A DNA stretch of 63,210 nucleotides, filler included, from Hyphochytrium catenoides (lineage: Eukaryota > Protista > Hyphochytriomycota): the NCBI GenBank assembly GCA_900088475.1. It is 10 parts of 10 records of this genome, joined end to end, with 100 filler letters (N's around TTAATTAATTAA, not from the genome) between each part and the next. Parts side by side here need not be neighbours in the genome. Positions count along the whole stretch, not along the records: positions 24,302 to 50,175 come from FLMG01004616.1; 9 more parts are not named here. One strand, written 5' to 3'. Shown in pieces: positions 29,121 to 44,100 of the stretch. Made by a program: the position numbers and the translations under genes. Below the pieces are notes generated by a model. That model ran no database searches and was not told the DNA's origin. It saw only the letters and a list, made by a program, of their open reading frames with translations. How positions within the stretch are numbered: the stretch's first letter is position 1; every line of letters begins with the position of its first letter.

Positions 29121-32100
29121 CTATCGTACTTGTGCCCTGATCCAGGTGCAAAGAGGTTCATGGGTGATCTGCAGACCCTGCGAAGGATCGAACAGGCCTT
29201 GTAAGGCCCCTAGAGTCTCTCCCTGACAGGGTAGGTCTGGAGCTTCTCTGGCTCGGCCTGACAGGAAGAGCAGACCACAGGTTCAGTCAGATATGGGATG
29301 TTCTCGTCCTTAGAGCGTCCTCGTTCTTGAAGACTTTAGTGCGCTTGTTGACATTGACTCTCAAATGTCCACTGAAGTTCTTAAACTCTTACAGATTTCG
29401 ATTTTCCACTCTCTCCCACAGGGCGACCCTGAATACTGTTCATCTGGCATCTGAAGACTCTCCTCTCTTTCTGCAACGCTCAGTTCATCTCACCTGGGGC
29501 CTTTGCATCCTCGCTCTTCTTCTTCCGATGCCAATTGGCAGCGGTTGAAATGGCTCGACCAGCATCGTCTAAGAACATCTTGAAGTCGGCGCGGACTTTG
29601 CTGTCATCCTCTGCATCCTTACCCTTCAAAATAAGCTTCAGCTGTTCCCAACGATGACGTATGGAGCCAACTCTCTCATAGCACTCAGTTTGGACCTCCG
29701 GAGAGAAATGAAGCTGAACACAATGACAGAGGAAACGGAGATCCCAAGGCGGAGTAAGGAGACGGTAATAGTTAGTGATGGTGTCTAAAAACGCCAAGAA
29801 AGGAGAAGTAAGTGGAAGGATCGAAGGCTCAAGGCTCACAAAATAGAAGGAATGCCAACTCAATAGCACCTTCCAGGTACTTCGAAAGGTAGCGATCAGC
29901 AGGAAAGAGTTGCTCTAAGCAGTAGGAAGGAGGGGATAATGTCGAGGCCAAACAGGGAGCTAAAGCTGTAGAAATACCCTCAGGAGTTCAGGGGAGTCAT
30001 CGTTGGTGCTTCGGGTCTCTCCCAGCAAAAGGAAGAGTGTCATGATCCCCGCCTTTGCGGATGCTATCTTGTCCTCCTCCCGCTTTTCTTCATTTTGCTC
30101 CGCATCCTCGGTTGTTAAGCTTTCTGGCTGCCTTAAATTATGGTCCCACTGTGCACAGCAGAAGCCATTCGGGATGTGGGGGTCGCCTGTGAATAGCTCT
30201 CTGTGAGTGGTAGATATGTAGAGAGGGAGAGGGAAAGAATAAAGGTAACCAATATCTTCGAGCAAGAGATGGAGAAGAAGTAGATAGGGAAAGCAAGGCC
30301 TAAGGGTGAGGAATTAATCGAAAGCACAAGGTTCTCTCCAGACGAGTGACCCGTACCTGTTGGATCAAGATTTGGATGAGAGCAGAGAGCCGCGTACTGC
30401 TGAGAAATCTTGAGGAACAGCTCGTGAAGAGTGGCAACAGGAGAAAGAGAAGAGAGAGGCCATAGCTCAAGTAGGTTCCGGCTGCGGAGTAGCTGAAGGA
30501 ACAGATACGGAAGACGCTTGTTCGCTTCTTCTACGAAGGGCTCGAGTGGTGTAGGGGAGAGAGCGAGGACGGCCGATAGCTCTAAGAGACGGACGTGCAA
30601 TTAATTTGGGACGCATGGGCAGACGACGGTGACGTTACTACGAAGTATGGACCCGAGAGCGACACAGATGTATAAAGAAGACAATTGCTAAGGAATCGGT
30701 TCTTAATAAGACATAAAGAGAGACACTTCTTCCCAAGAATCACGGATAACAAGAGCAGAACCGCATAGCTCAAAGGACTGCACGCGGCACGATGGAATCA
30801 TAGAGGCTGACAGCCACGGAGGCAGAGGCATCGCATGTGACCCAAGGATCCGAAACAGGAAAGGCGCCGTTGAACGACCAAGAGACGAGGACTCTAACAC
30901 CAGCCCGTCACCTTACCTCCAAGAGAACTTTGGGTCATGGAACTGAGGCTTTCCATAGATAGTGAGATGTACTTCGAGGGCTCTCGCCATAGGCTTTTAT
31001 GTGTTTGGAGAACTCTGAAGGCTTCCTGTAGATAGAAGCAAGAGGCCTGCCAGAAGGTGAGTAAGCAAGGCGGAAAGGGTCAGCAAGCGGACGGTGGTTC
31101 ACCAGAAGTGGCTTTTTGATTAGGACTTCACCGAAGACGAAAGAGAGGAGAGCTGCACCCTATAAACTGATTGAAAAGTGGACAACTGCCACTTTCCCTC
31201 AATAGGAACGAAACCCGAAACACCGAGGTCAAAGAACGGAACTACTTGGGGTGAGGAGGGAGCGATATGCTGGGTTTTGAAGGGAGAGGGTTACCTTGAG
31301 ATGCTCTCCTGCGTCCTCCTTTATGCGATTCGCTCCATAGACAGTTAGCAGCTCCAGCAGTGCGCTGTGAATTAGTGGGCTCGGAGGTCCTCCGCTCTTC
31401 TTGCTCCAAAGCAGGGACGAAGAGAAGTCTGAGGTGACCTGCCTAAATAACTCTCTGCAACGTCAAAAGGCAACAGAAGTAACGGTTGAAGATCGAAGAG
31501 AGAGGGGAGCACAGAAGGCAGAGGAGACGAAATGCGGCAGAAGAGGACATTTGATAAGGTTCGGGGCCGAAAAGCTGCTGCTGATAAGCATCAAGGTGAA
31601 AGTGAGCCAAGCAGCAGGAGCTCTATCAGGATGTATCCACGAGGTGAGATACAAGCCGCCCCATGAAGGTGTTCCGCAACGATCGGGGAGGACACGAGAG
31701 AAGGAGAGTTGAAGAGCCAGCACCAGGGAATGGAAGCGGAACGTGTGGAAAAGGGCGGTAGCAAAGGCTGAAAGCGAACAGAGGTATTACCTCTTTGCTT
31801 CCAACGTCTCCGCACTGTCTAGCCTTTCCGGCAGCAGCTGTAGGCAGCATGTTAATGGACCCATACTCAGTTGGTTCACCAATTTGCCTTGATCTGCTCC
31901 ATCTTGCTTTACCGCATAGCCCATTCTACCTACCACCTCACCTCCCAAGAGAGATGATCCTTCTATTATCTTGGCCCAAGAGTGTCTAAGGAGATTTCTA
32001 CTCATACTTTCTAACTAGTGACCCTTACCTTTGCTCGTATCGAGCCTAAGACCAGGAATGTCTTCGCTCTTTTCGTGCAATGGGAGGCGTAGCAGTGATC

Positions 32101-35100
32101 TACCGAAGAAAGTGCAGCCTGTGCAGGGAAATTGCCAGCAAGAAGTCAGATAAATAGAGGTTCTGCTTCAGACGTTCCGCAGAAGTTTGATTTAGTCCTC
32201 TGGAAGCGTACCTGTAACCGCTTCTCTAGAGTTTTCAAGTCGTCCACTTGACATCCCAGATTTGCCATCTATGTTCATAATCGTAGCATGCGAAGGGTTA
32301 AAAGGCCAGCTTGCAGTCATTGACTTAGTAAGACTGAGACGAGAAGCGAAAGACAAAAGCTGTCAAGGTGTGCCCTGCCATTATGAAGCTGGAAAGGAGC
32401 CAGAGCAAGGTGCAGACAGCACGTCGGAGATACACTATGTAAGCCACACCACTAGGTGACTAAGTGATAGATTGTAGAGAGTGTCATGGCCTGGACCTTA
32501 ATCGAAAGCTCGGCTGCCATGACAGTGATTGCCTCAAGCTGGGAAAGGTCGGGTATATATATGTTCTGCGGCTCCGACTGGCTCCCTGTGATACATAATC
32601 CGTCAGGGAGAAGAGGGAGCAGAGTGGTCCTTCTCGTTTCATCTGGCCAGCCTTTTTCATCCTGTCTCCTATAGCCTTTTGTTCCACCATAGTCCCCTAT
32701 TCTTTAACTCCCTTTAGCTTTGAGTCGGACGTTCCCATTTCTCTGCTCTATTCGTCGTAATGGTGCTTTGCTTTCTCTTCTTTCTGGCATTTAGAACTGC
32801 AACATCGTTCCTGTGCTTACCGCTCCACCCAAGTCGTGCTAAACGTTCATCAAGAACTCTTCCTGCGGCCTCCACATGGCTCTTGGCTTCCTGAAATAGA
32901 GAGAGACGGGACGTTTCGCCATCCTTCTCCTGCTCAGGAGCAAGTAGAGTTGCCCGTTCGGACAGGAGGCTGCGGAGACAGGGGAAAGTTAGAAGACCGA
33001 GGACAAGCAGAATGAACGGAAAAGGGAAGCAAGGGAGAGTTAGATATGCGAGGCCAGTAGAAAGAACGAACAAAGGAGTTCATGATTTAATGGAACGACG
33101 ACGTAGACTAATTAGCACTCATATCATAACGTCGTCCGAAGTATAGCAAGCCACATCAGTTCCCTTACAATGAAAGGAGAAGGTGTGCCTGGAGGCAGCA
33201 AGTTAGGTCAGAACTTTTCCTTTCTTCGTGCTCCTGCAAAAGGTTGCGGCACAGCCTTTCACCCTCAGGGCTTCTACCTAGATGGACCGAGAGTGCGTCA
33301 GGGAAGAGCGAATCTCTAGGCTAAAGGTAGAGAAAGCGAAGGGCAATCTCCGCCATAGAGCCCTCTCGGTAATATGCCTGACCCGCACCCACAACAGGAC
33401 TAGGAGCGCCAGGTCAATGGAGCACCAAAGTGCATTGAAAGCATAAAGAAAACACATTACCAGCTACGGGACACATAGGGTCAGCGCAGCCGAGCGTCTT
33501 GAATCTTCTTAATACCTTGCAATATGTAAGCTTGAATGAGGAACAAGGTACTCTCCTGCTCCCCTATGGTGTCAACGTTACACCGCGCTTCCTGCAAAGC
33601 AGCCAAAGAGACATCCTCGGCTTTTTCAACTTCACCTTTGTGCAAGAGATACTCCACCATGTGCCGCCGTGCCCTGAGTTGGGGAGACGGTAGCATCGTC
33701 AACTTATAGGCACAAAGCGAGTTCGACTGAGGAAAGTCGCAAGTAACCAGATCGGTGAAGTCAAGAGACGCATCATTATGAGCAGAGGTTGAGGTATAGA
33801 GCTTGGACAAAGGTACCAGGAAAGATGATGACGGATATGCGGACAAGAGAGGAGAAGACGACGTTGAACTTCATTGGATGTGCAGCTCCCTTGCTCTACG
33901 ATAGCAAAAAAGAACCCAATGATAATAGAGGTTCCCCCTCTGCGATCATCTTTCTTTTACCTTCTCCAGAGAGCAACATCCACTCCGATCTTCAACTGCA
34001 GTCCCGACCTTTCTATAACCTTCAGAGCCTCGCTGAAGCTCTCTATGTGTCCGACAGTGAAGAGGTGGTAAGTTTGGAACTAACGGCAGAGAGAGAAGGG
34101 ATAGCGACTAATTGAACTTAGGCACTGAAGTACTAGGCGACAGAGAGATCAGTATTTGACCAAACGACCAGGGAGGCAGACCAAGGCTGATGACACTAAG
34201 AATGGGTTTTGCACTCTAGAAGGCAGGTCCCTAAAGCAAGGAGGGACCTTCATAGTAGCCTTGGTATCGGAAGAGCTGATGCTGAGTCAGCAGGCATTCT
34301 ACTAGTGCTCTTGTGTACACCTCCGGCTCACTGTCTGGCGAGAAAGATTGGGAGAATAAATTGAAGCCTGCTTCCTCCGCCGCAGAAATAATTGCGTCCA
34401 ACTTGACTTTCACTTGTGCCTGACGGATGAATGGATTTGTTCATCGAGATCAAAAGAGACACCGTTAAAGCACCAGAGAAAGACAAAGCGACATGGCTAA
34501 GGGCAGAAGCCTTAGACCCCAGTATCTGCTATAATCATGAGCTAATTGGGACGATTCATGGCCTTGAGAAGGGCACGATGAACGCCAAACAGGGAGTGGA
34601 TAGGCTGGGTTAGAAAAGAACAGAACTCTGATCATTGACCAAGCTTCAGCGACTCCAGAGAGTCAATGCGAATTAACCAACAAAACGCTGCTAATGACAT
34701 GTAACCAAGAGAGACAGCGGAAGGACAACAGAGCAAGCTTGTGCTTATGGGGCGAGGGTAGAGCGACATATAGTTGTAAGTTGAACGATGCAGCAGCTGA
34801 ATCGTCTTCATACCAGAAGAGTCTCTGCCAGCTTCTTTCCGATCGCAAGCCAAGATTCCATAATTTTGGTCGGTGAAGACATCTCTTGTCGCCCCTTCTC
34901 TCCATCCTTCTCTCTTTTGCTTTCTTTCTCTTTCTCAGCGAGCTGGAATCCCTGAGTCCCTGAAGAATTTAGCGCCTTCCGATAAGCTTGCTCTACCAGG
35001 GCAGAAATGAGCCTCAGCCGCATGAGTTCGAATTTTAGACAGAGACATGGGCCATATAATTGGGTAAGAGAAGGAGAGAGACCAAATTTGAATGGGCTGG

Positions 35101-38100
35101 CGAGCTCTCCTCCATCAGCCTTCACGCTTTCTGTCTCTCCAACAATGGTAGCCACTGCTGCCATGTTTTCCGGTGCCTCTAGGAGAAGCTCTGAGTGGAA
35201 AGATGGGACGGAGGTAGTAGAGGAAGCCACTACAGAGGATGAGGATGGTTCGCTAGGCGAGGAAGCGATTTCTCCACTGAGATTTGCAAGTGCATCCGCA
35301 GTTATAGACGTCCCAGGCAGTAGTGGGAGGTGAATATTCCCATTCTGTATTTCGAACAAGCTTCGAATTGCAACTTTATAGTCCCCAAGCTACAGCACAC
35401 AAACAGACAAGGGGCAGAACGTAAGACTAGATTGGAGCACTGGAGATGGCGCAGTCAAGAGCAGGAGAGTGACGGAAAGGTAGATGCAAGGACTGATTCC
35501 TTGTTATCAAAGGTGACCACCGTCACAGACGAAGAAGATTTGCAAGCCCTTCCCAGGATGGCAGTGTATCGGTGTCAACACCCCAGCATTCAGTTAGAGA
35601 GCACACAATGCTTTTGAGGCTGTCCCTACAAGCGACATCAAAATCACGCGTTCTTAAAGCGGAATAAGGAAGATAGACAAATGATGGCACAAGTGGAGAA
35701 AGTAGCTCAAACTGCTGATCCTCTATGGCGTATCAACGACCTCACTTTCTGACCGTCTTACCTGCAGAGCTGCCTGAGCCCTAAGGAGAAGGGCCCTCAT
35801 GGAGTCCTTTATACTCCGACATACATTAGCCGCAAGGAACTCATAGAGAACAATAAGCGGAACAGCTTCTAGGGTCTTCCCACTGTCCAACAGGTCCTGG
35901 GCAAGGAGTGGGAGAGACTCCAATAGCGAGGGAAGTGAGAGAGAGGAGGAGGTGGGAGACTGAAGAAGAGAAGAGAAAGGGTCCTTGCCAGGCCAAAGCT
36001 CTACTACTGAGTAGTCCAAGAGTTCGCAAAGACGGGAGGGATGAGAGAGAGAGGCGGCAAAAATTGGGCTTATCAGCGCAGAACCCAGAAGGCAGAGGTC
36101 CAATTTCCTCGAGAAGTGGCCACGATGATGGACGTAAGAAATCAGTTTGCCAACCGCAGTAGCTCCTCTGAGGCAGTCCATGAGTCCCAAGGACGACAGA
36201 AAGCCATAATATGGCCTTCCTCGTTCGGTGCCTTCCTCGTCCTCATACTGATCGCCCTCTTCTTCGCTAAGGTGCTTCTTCTTGATCCTCTCTTTTCTCG
36301 TCCTCTTGCGCTTGCCAACTTCCTTTTGTTTCCTTTCCAACTCGCCCCATCTTTCTATCGCATCGAGATCGCCAAACAAGACATCAATCGCATCGTACCA
36401 TGCTTGCGCTGCTCCCTAAAGAGAGTTTAGGGATAATTAGAATGCTCGTGACGACGCATGGGAACCGTCAACATAATACATCTCATGCTGCTAGAAACAT
36501 TCAGGATTCCAGCCAGTAGAGGTACTATAAACAGATTGTGCAGGCGGAAGATGTGCCACACTAAAACACCTCGATCGGTAAAGGGTAGATAGTGCGGTCA
36601 TTCAAGAACTTCAAGAAGATTAGGGCAGGGCCAACCTTCTTGTCTCCTATACTAAGCAGGAAATCTCCCGACTCAGTAAGGGCTTGCAGGAGAAGGGAAT
36701 CCTCTCTCCTTTCCCTTAATGAGGAGATGCATAATCCAAACGCTTCCAGAACAGAACCCTGAGCCTCCTCAAGATCGGCTTCAATGCCCAAAAGGTGGTG
36801 AGTACAAGGATACCGAGAGAGATGCCAGGGCCAATGGGCACATCGAATAAAGAAGAAAGCAATCGAAAGAGAGAAAATCGAGAGCGGTCGAGTACGGATC
36901 TCAGGAAGACAGAGACTTTCCACCCAGAGGAGCTTGCTGTTTATAAGTTTCAGATGTCCAATCATTCAGAAGGGTATGTCAAAGGAGAGTTGTCAAATAG
37001 CAGTCTAACGCTAGGAGGAGACGTAGCAAAGCCTTGAACCTTTCTTCTTGCTGCTGGCCCTTGGTTGATAGAACTCACGAGCGAGTGCTCGGGCCGTGTC
37101 CAAGAGCTCAAGGGTCTGACTCTTGGACTTACGGTGGCCTTCTATAGTTAGAGGGGCGGTCGAAGTTAGCAATCACAAAGGGTATACGAGAGAGGATAGC
37201 GGGCCAGTCTGCCATGGCAGCTTAGCCGACATGCCCTTAGACATATCGCGTCCAGCCCAGAATAGCATCATGAAACAGCAAGCAAAAGTGGCGAAAGATC
37301 ATTCCCTCGTCCTGGGTTTGGCTCTGTTACACTCACCAAGCTCTTTGACAAGAAGCTCCAAGACGTATTGCCGGTGCTGAAGTTCTAGGTCAAGGCTCTG
37401 AATCACTCTCTCCACTTCCTCTTTCTCCCGGTGATATTGTGCTTCTTCCTCACTTACTTCTGCAAGGAGCAGTCAGGTAGACCGCATAAGGAGCGCAAGA
37501 TGGTCAGAGGTATGATAAGCGGCCCACTACGTTATAGGGCCAATGTTGGGAATGAAAGGAAACAGAGGAGGACCAGTAGGAGAAAGTAGCTGGATGACAT
37601 GACTGCCCGTAACAAAAGAAGGAGAAAGAGGGGATCACCTTCACTAACAACGAGTTTGGGCCTTCTCTTGCTCTTTTTGACCTCCTGACTCTTTTGAAAA
37701 ACATCCATCTTCTCCTTGAGCTGGGCTCTCATTTCGCTTACTCTCTCTGCCTGTTCTCCTACTAGTTTGTTCTGCGCAAAAATAAGAAGCGGGAGAAGGT
37801 CCTCGGTTCCCTGTCCAGATGTCAACAACTGCAGCCGTCTTCCTCTAGCTACCAGTGGCTGCCAGCTTTCTTTCAAAGCTAAAGCCTGGAAGATCGCAGG
37901 AAGAATGTGGCCTTAGCTGGCGGTAGCGAGTGCAAGTAGAGATTGAAAGGCTAAGCGATAGGGAAAAATAAAGGACCATTGAGCTGAGGTCAGTTTGGAA
38001 GCATGAGGAAGCTGTCATGTGTACTAGCCTGAAGGACGAAGAGTCCGAGTGGCGATAGGAGTTCCGGCTCTAAGCGCCATGGACGGAGTTTCCTTTCTTT

Positions 38101-41100
38101 CTCCTCCGCAGACAGAGAAGAGAGGTGTCTCATTAGCTCTTGGACTTCCTCTTCGTCTTCCGTTGTTACATATTTAACGTGACAAATAAGCGGTGACGAT
38201 GGAATGAAAAGAGAGTGTGAGAGAGATTCTCTCTTGCAGGAGCTTGCTTCTCTCAGGTCATTCGGCCTATTTATCCTGTTTGGGTGTGATCTCTTCCTCC
38301 CATCTCTCACAGGGTATGATGCCTTACCGTCTCGAGACACGTTCTTCCTCTCTCCTGTCAGGACTTCAATGAGCGCGTAGGTCGTAAGGTCGAAGAACGC
38401 AATCAGGGAGTTCAGTGAACCCTCGTAACTAAGGACCTACCTCAGGAGAACGGGGGATCAAGGAGCAGAGAGAGATAGAACACAGTTAAACCTTGAGCCT
38501 AACAATCCTAGAAAAGGCTTTCGGGGCCCCAAGTGAATACTGTCGAGAAAGGGTTTTACCTCTTTGGGATGTATCCAATGTCCCAGGAGCGCATTCCAGA
38601 GGAGCTTCAAGAGATTCTGAAGATGGCCCCAGCGACGCGCAGAGTAGGAGAGGAAGGCGCAGCAGTGAAGCGCAGAAAAGACAGACGGCAACCAGGAGAG
38701 GGTTTGCACTCCTAAAGACAGAGATATAGTCAGAGCGGTGCGAGACCCGAGGGCTCGACGGCGTCCTTCGATGCTAGTTCATGTCTCTGTCTCTATATAG
38801 AGGAGAAAGGACAACAAGGGTGTGTGGAAAACTATCCAGTCTTCGTCTTGCTGTTTGACTGTCTTATCATCCTCGTCCTTTGCCATCCTGGTTAATGTTA
38901 GCCGTCTATGTACCTTGTCTTGAAGGCGAAATATCGTCCTGTTCTTCCTCCTCTAAGGTTGGTCGTTCCTCTTCCTCTCTCTTCCCGCCTCGGTTCCCTA
39001 AACTGTATCTGTAAAAAGGGCCTTGTGACTGTCCAGCTTCTGCCCTTCGTACTACGGCGGAGGGGAACTAAACGGCCAGTAGGTTAGGAGTCGCGGACAT
39101 GAAAGGCTCGACAAACTAGCACATTGAACAACGAGCGCACCGCGGGTCTGCTGTGAACTCCCTGCCGGCTAGGTATAGGATCTAGCCCTACCTTTCTGAC
39201 AGTATCCAAAAGAAGAGCCTCAGATAGGAGAAGCAGCGGCTCTTCTTGGCTTTCTGTGAAAGTTACTCCTTCCTTTTCGTCTGTTCTTTGCTCCGGTCGC
39301 GGCTCATCATCCGGTCCAGTACGTGCAATGTCTTCTTCTGACAGAGAGTGATGTCATGATAAGCAGGATCCAAATAGAACGACGGAAAGAGAACAGAAGA
39401 GAGTGGAAAAAGGGTGAAGCTTTCAACATCTCTGACTCTCCCTATGCCCAGACCTCCCACTCCTTGACGTTTTTGCAGCTGCTTTATACCTCTGCATCCC
39501 CTGTTCTCTGCCCTTTGCCAGCCACTCCAATGTTCCCTTCTCTCCGCTTCCGCGCAAGCATATGTGAACTAATCCCTTGTTATTCGAGTGCTTTGGTCGC
39601 CCGATCAACGTCTGGTAAAACACCACATCTGCTAAGTTGTCTCGTCTTAGGGGTCTCCCATTCTAGATACTCCTATTGCGGTCATCCTCTCTAGCCTCAA
39701 TCGTGAAATTTAGGTGCCCCTTTCTGAAGACTTCGTGATTTACCTTGTCTGTCTTGTTCTCCAGACCCTAAGGGCAGTGCTTCCAGTTCTTTAAACTTCT
39801 TCTTCAGATACGCTCCACTTTCTCCAGGCAATTGACCGCTGATTGCTCTTAACAAAGAGGTGAGAATAGCATTGACCTCTCTCCCTCGCCCCTCCCCAAG
39901 CGCTTGAGATATCCGCAACAGTATTGCACGGAATAGGACTCCCTCTTCAAAGTAAACCAACAAGAGCCGGGAAACAAGTCAGAGACGTATAAGATATGGC
40001 AAGATTGTTTAGAGTAACCGCGGCTTGAGATTGAACGAAAGAGACAAAGGCCGAGATAGTGCGACTCAGCGTGAAACACAGGGATGCTTGACGACTTTTA
40101 GTCTCGTAGCAAGAGATAGGCCCCGAAGGACACTGCAAGGAGATAGACCGCAATATACCTCTATGGTTGTCGATGAAGATAGCCGATGCTTCCGAGAAAA
40201 TGAAGGAAGATCGAGAGGCCGACAGCAGCGCGTTACTTCCACTCCCAGGAGCTGAGGAGGAGGGAGGGAGACAATTTGAATTAGTTAAGCACTCCTGTCC
40301 GTGGACAGCCGCGCGCTTGTGTCGTCACTTCACTCTTTTTCAGTTCTCTTGCACAGGGTTTCTTCTTTCCTTCCCTACCTTCGGCCTCTTCATAGGTGCA
40401 AAGTCTCAGAGGGACGTCTTCCTGCCCGCTTCCTGTATCGGCTCCTTTCCGGAAGAGCCGCAAACCGCGGGACAAGCTAACCAGCAGAGATTCTAGTTGC
40501 TTGAGAAAACCTGAACCAACGTGGGCAGGTGGAGCGATGAGTTAGCAAATAAACAGAGTGAATGACGGAAGGAGACACAGAACTTTAAGGAAGCATCATC
40601 AGCGGAGTGAACAACGGCTGTCGCTTGATCTCTTATTACCTCGTTGGGCTGTAAGGGAAAGAGGTGGGAGGGAACTCTTCAGAAGTGCCTCAGAAACCGC
40701 TCTTTCCTCCCCAAGTTCCTGGCCGAGGCGGCATAGCTCGTGGCATATGGCGAAATAGAGGTGAAATGAGGGCGAGTCCCAATGCCCAAAGGGAACCATT
40801 TGCATTGCCTAGGGAGCCATGGACGTTGCGTGAGCTGAACAAGCATCCGAACGGGTGGAGCTAGTACGGAGCCGACAGGGAGCTAATAAAGAGACAGAGA
40901 GGGAGCAAAGCTTCTTCTCTAAAGTGGTGGCTATAAAATAGCAGGGAAGAAAGAGGGATTGAAGGGATCTATATCCATTGTCCATCACTAAGTGAGAAGC
41001 AATAAGGCCCAGGAAAGCCTAGCGGAAGACGTAGGCGATGGCCCGTATGAGGTGGTATCGGACAACTATTTGAGTTTAGAAAGGCAGCCGTTGTATCAGA

Positions 41101-44100
41101 CGTAATAATCGAGAGGTGACCAAGACGACGACAGCTGGGAGAGAAGGAAACCTGCTGGATCTGCATCAAAGCCGGAAACAGAGCTCTTCCCCTCTTTCTC
41201 ATGTGCAAGAGCGGTAATGATGTATTGTAAGCTGCGGCACAGCACTGAAGAGAGAGCTCCCACAAAGAGAGCGCAGAAGACACCTCCAAAGCCACCAGGA
41301 GCCGCTTCAGCTCGTGCACGCACCGCAGCTGTAGAAGATAGCGTAAGGTGAGACACCGAAAGAACTAGACCCATGCAACGAGAAGTGTCAACTCAACGGA
41401 CCTGATTGGGGAGGAGTGAGTCTTCTTCCTCTGGATCCAGTAACAGTGCTCCTTCTAACGTCTCATCGCCCTCCGTCTTGCTTGCCCTCAATGTGCACTC
41501 TACGAGGGCACGAAGTGATGCAGACGACTCCAGCAACGAGAGAGATACTCGCAGCGAGTGGCAAAAGATGGGGTTTAGACGCCAGAGGGGCTCTTCAGCC
41601 GCTGCAAGAGAAGAGGAGTAGGGTGACTACGATGGTAATAAGACTGGTTTGCAGGAAGGTGACCCTTCAGCGCAGCAGCGAACTGAAACAGTACTTAGAG
41701 GGAGATGAACGGGCAAGTACCTGATCTGTCCACGAAATAGTTATAGAGTGTTCCTAGATGGCGGGGACGGAGGTAAGCAACTCAGCGCTAGACCGAACCC
41801 CTTCCATCAGGTCTAATATAGACCCATCTCGTTATCCTAAAGCCTCGCTCCTTCTCCCTCTCCTCATCACTAGTGAAACATCCACCTTCGCCTCGGGGCC
41901 TCTGTGAACTCCATCACCTTCGCATATACTTGTTCATCGTCTATCCTGACGTCAGTCTCACCTGCCACAGCTCTAATTGTTGACGTGCTTCCAAGCTTTA
42001 CGGCTACCTTTCCCCCCAAACCCCAGAGGAGGAAAACGGAGAGAGGAAGGAATGTCTCGATAGCAGCCGTGGTCTCTCCTACAGCTTCCATCAGCTCGTC
42101 TAGGGAAACCAAACGGAGTAAGTACGATTAACTTGTAGATCCGCAAATAAGCAAGGATGAACGTGAAGAGAGACAGCTCTCGCAGATGGAGAGGGGATGG
42201 GGCTTAACACGTAGTACCGAAGTAGAAAGGCGCAAAAGCCTTGCAGTGAAGGAGCTATAAAGTAGCATGGCCTTCACCTTTCTCATTGTAGGCTGCCACG
42301 GCAAAGACATAGCGCTCATTGGGGCATAGAGAGGAGAGAGTCACCACTGCTGTTTTTAGAACCCGAAGGGAGGCGGCAGGTATCTTCTCCCCTGTTCCTC
42401 TTATCTCTGTATTGCTAGCAGTAACGTCCGTTCCTAGACAGAGCCACAGAGGGAGGTAAGCGGGAAACGGGAGATCCGGATGGTTGAGTCCCAAAAGAAA
42501 TCAAAAGGCAAGGGAAAGAGGGGGCCTAAATCAAGCCAGACGATGGCAATAAACGCGATGGAATGACAAAAGTGAGTTCACTTTTGGAGATGGCTGGTAC
42601 GGCGTGATGAAAGACGGTCGAGCGTTATTGGAAACGGAACCAGAGCTCCGACGCAGAAGGAACATGTGAGGGAGAGGGAGATAAACACAGAGAGCGGTAC
42701 GGCGCGCGTGCGAGAGCGAGGTGAGAAGAACGAACCTGCTCTAGCGGGTTTACCAAAGAGTCTATAGTATGCCACTGGTCCATACTTTCTAAGGAGAGAG
42801 GGAGGGGGCATCCATGGAAGAAGTAGGAGAGATACTCGAGTTGCTGAGCGAGACAGAAGCTGGGGCGGAAGCGGACGCTTGGTAACCTTGCTAACGTATG
42901 GTGCCGGAAGAGGAGCTGGCGTCAAAGTTGAAGAGAAAGGAAAGCAGGAAAAGAACTCTGCAAGCTTGCGTTTATGCTGTGCCTCCAGTTCCTCGACTCC
43001 TCTCAACAGTGCCACTGATTCCTGAAGTGCTGTCCGAGCGCCTGGTGGTACAGAGAAAAGGAGCCAGAAACGTCGACAACCATGAAAGAGAGTTAGGGGT
43101 GATTAGGTCAATCGACAGAGGGGGCAAGAGACCCGCACATCAAGAGCGATAGAGGGCAATGCGACACAGATCCATTTCTTAGTGACCTGAAGATCAAGAA
43201 AGGAATGAACCCTACCTTTAGGTTGTCTTTCCGCGAGCACCACCTTCACTATGAAGAGAAGGTAGGGGTTATTCTTATACTCAGCTAGGAGTCGTCCTTC
43301 CAATCTCTTTAAGGCGATGGACCGCTGTAACAATGTCAGGGGGAATACAGAGGGTGTAATTGACATTGAAGAAGACTTTCAGTAAGGTTTTCTTTGGAAG
43401 AAATGGCTCAAACATGACCTGGTCGTTGTCCTTTTCCTCCTCGTTACGCTTGTGTTCTGTCTCCTCTGAACTAACACTGTGGCCCTTCTTTAACTGTTCA
43501 ACAAGAGAGTGAGATAAAAAGGTAAGCAAGAGAGCGAAGTCGACCTGAGAGGAACAAAAGGAAGAAAATCACTTAGAATTCTGTGGCACTTTGAGGAGGA
43601 GCTGAGGGATCTCCAACTATCCGGATGTAAACCATGCCTTTACTCTCCTTACCGTCGTTCCCTTTCTCTTTGTGTCCTCATCTTTGCGTCCTCGGAGCTG
43701 GAGGTCCTTTCCGTAGAGCTGTAGGGTCAGATCTGCCTGCATCGTCACCAAGGTGATCATCACCTCTGTGTGTAGATCACGGAGAGCAAGCTCCAGATGA
43801 TGGAATCTCTCGGAACCTTGCTCTGAAGCTTCAACAGGATAGAAGGGAGAGACAATAATATGAGCAGGATCTAAAAAAGGCTAGGCAAGAGGAAGTAGTG
43901 GCAGCACATAGGCTCTTCTCACCAGTCGCTTCATTCGATAGTGTCATCGCCACGCTCTTGCGGCTGATGCTCTGCAGCTCGGAAGGAGAGAGCATTTCAG
44001 AGGGAGACGGTGCTTGAAGGTCCAGATCCACTCGCTCTCCTCTCTCCTTTTCAAGCAACTGTCGGCAGGACTGCAGAAGCTGATGTGCGGATTTGGAGTG

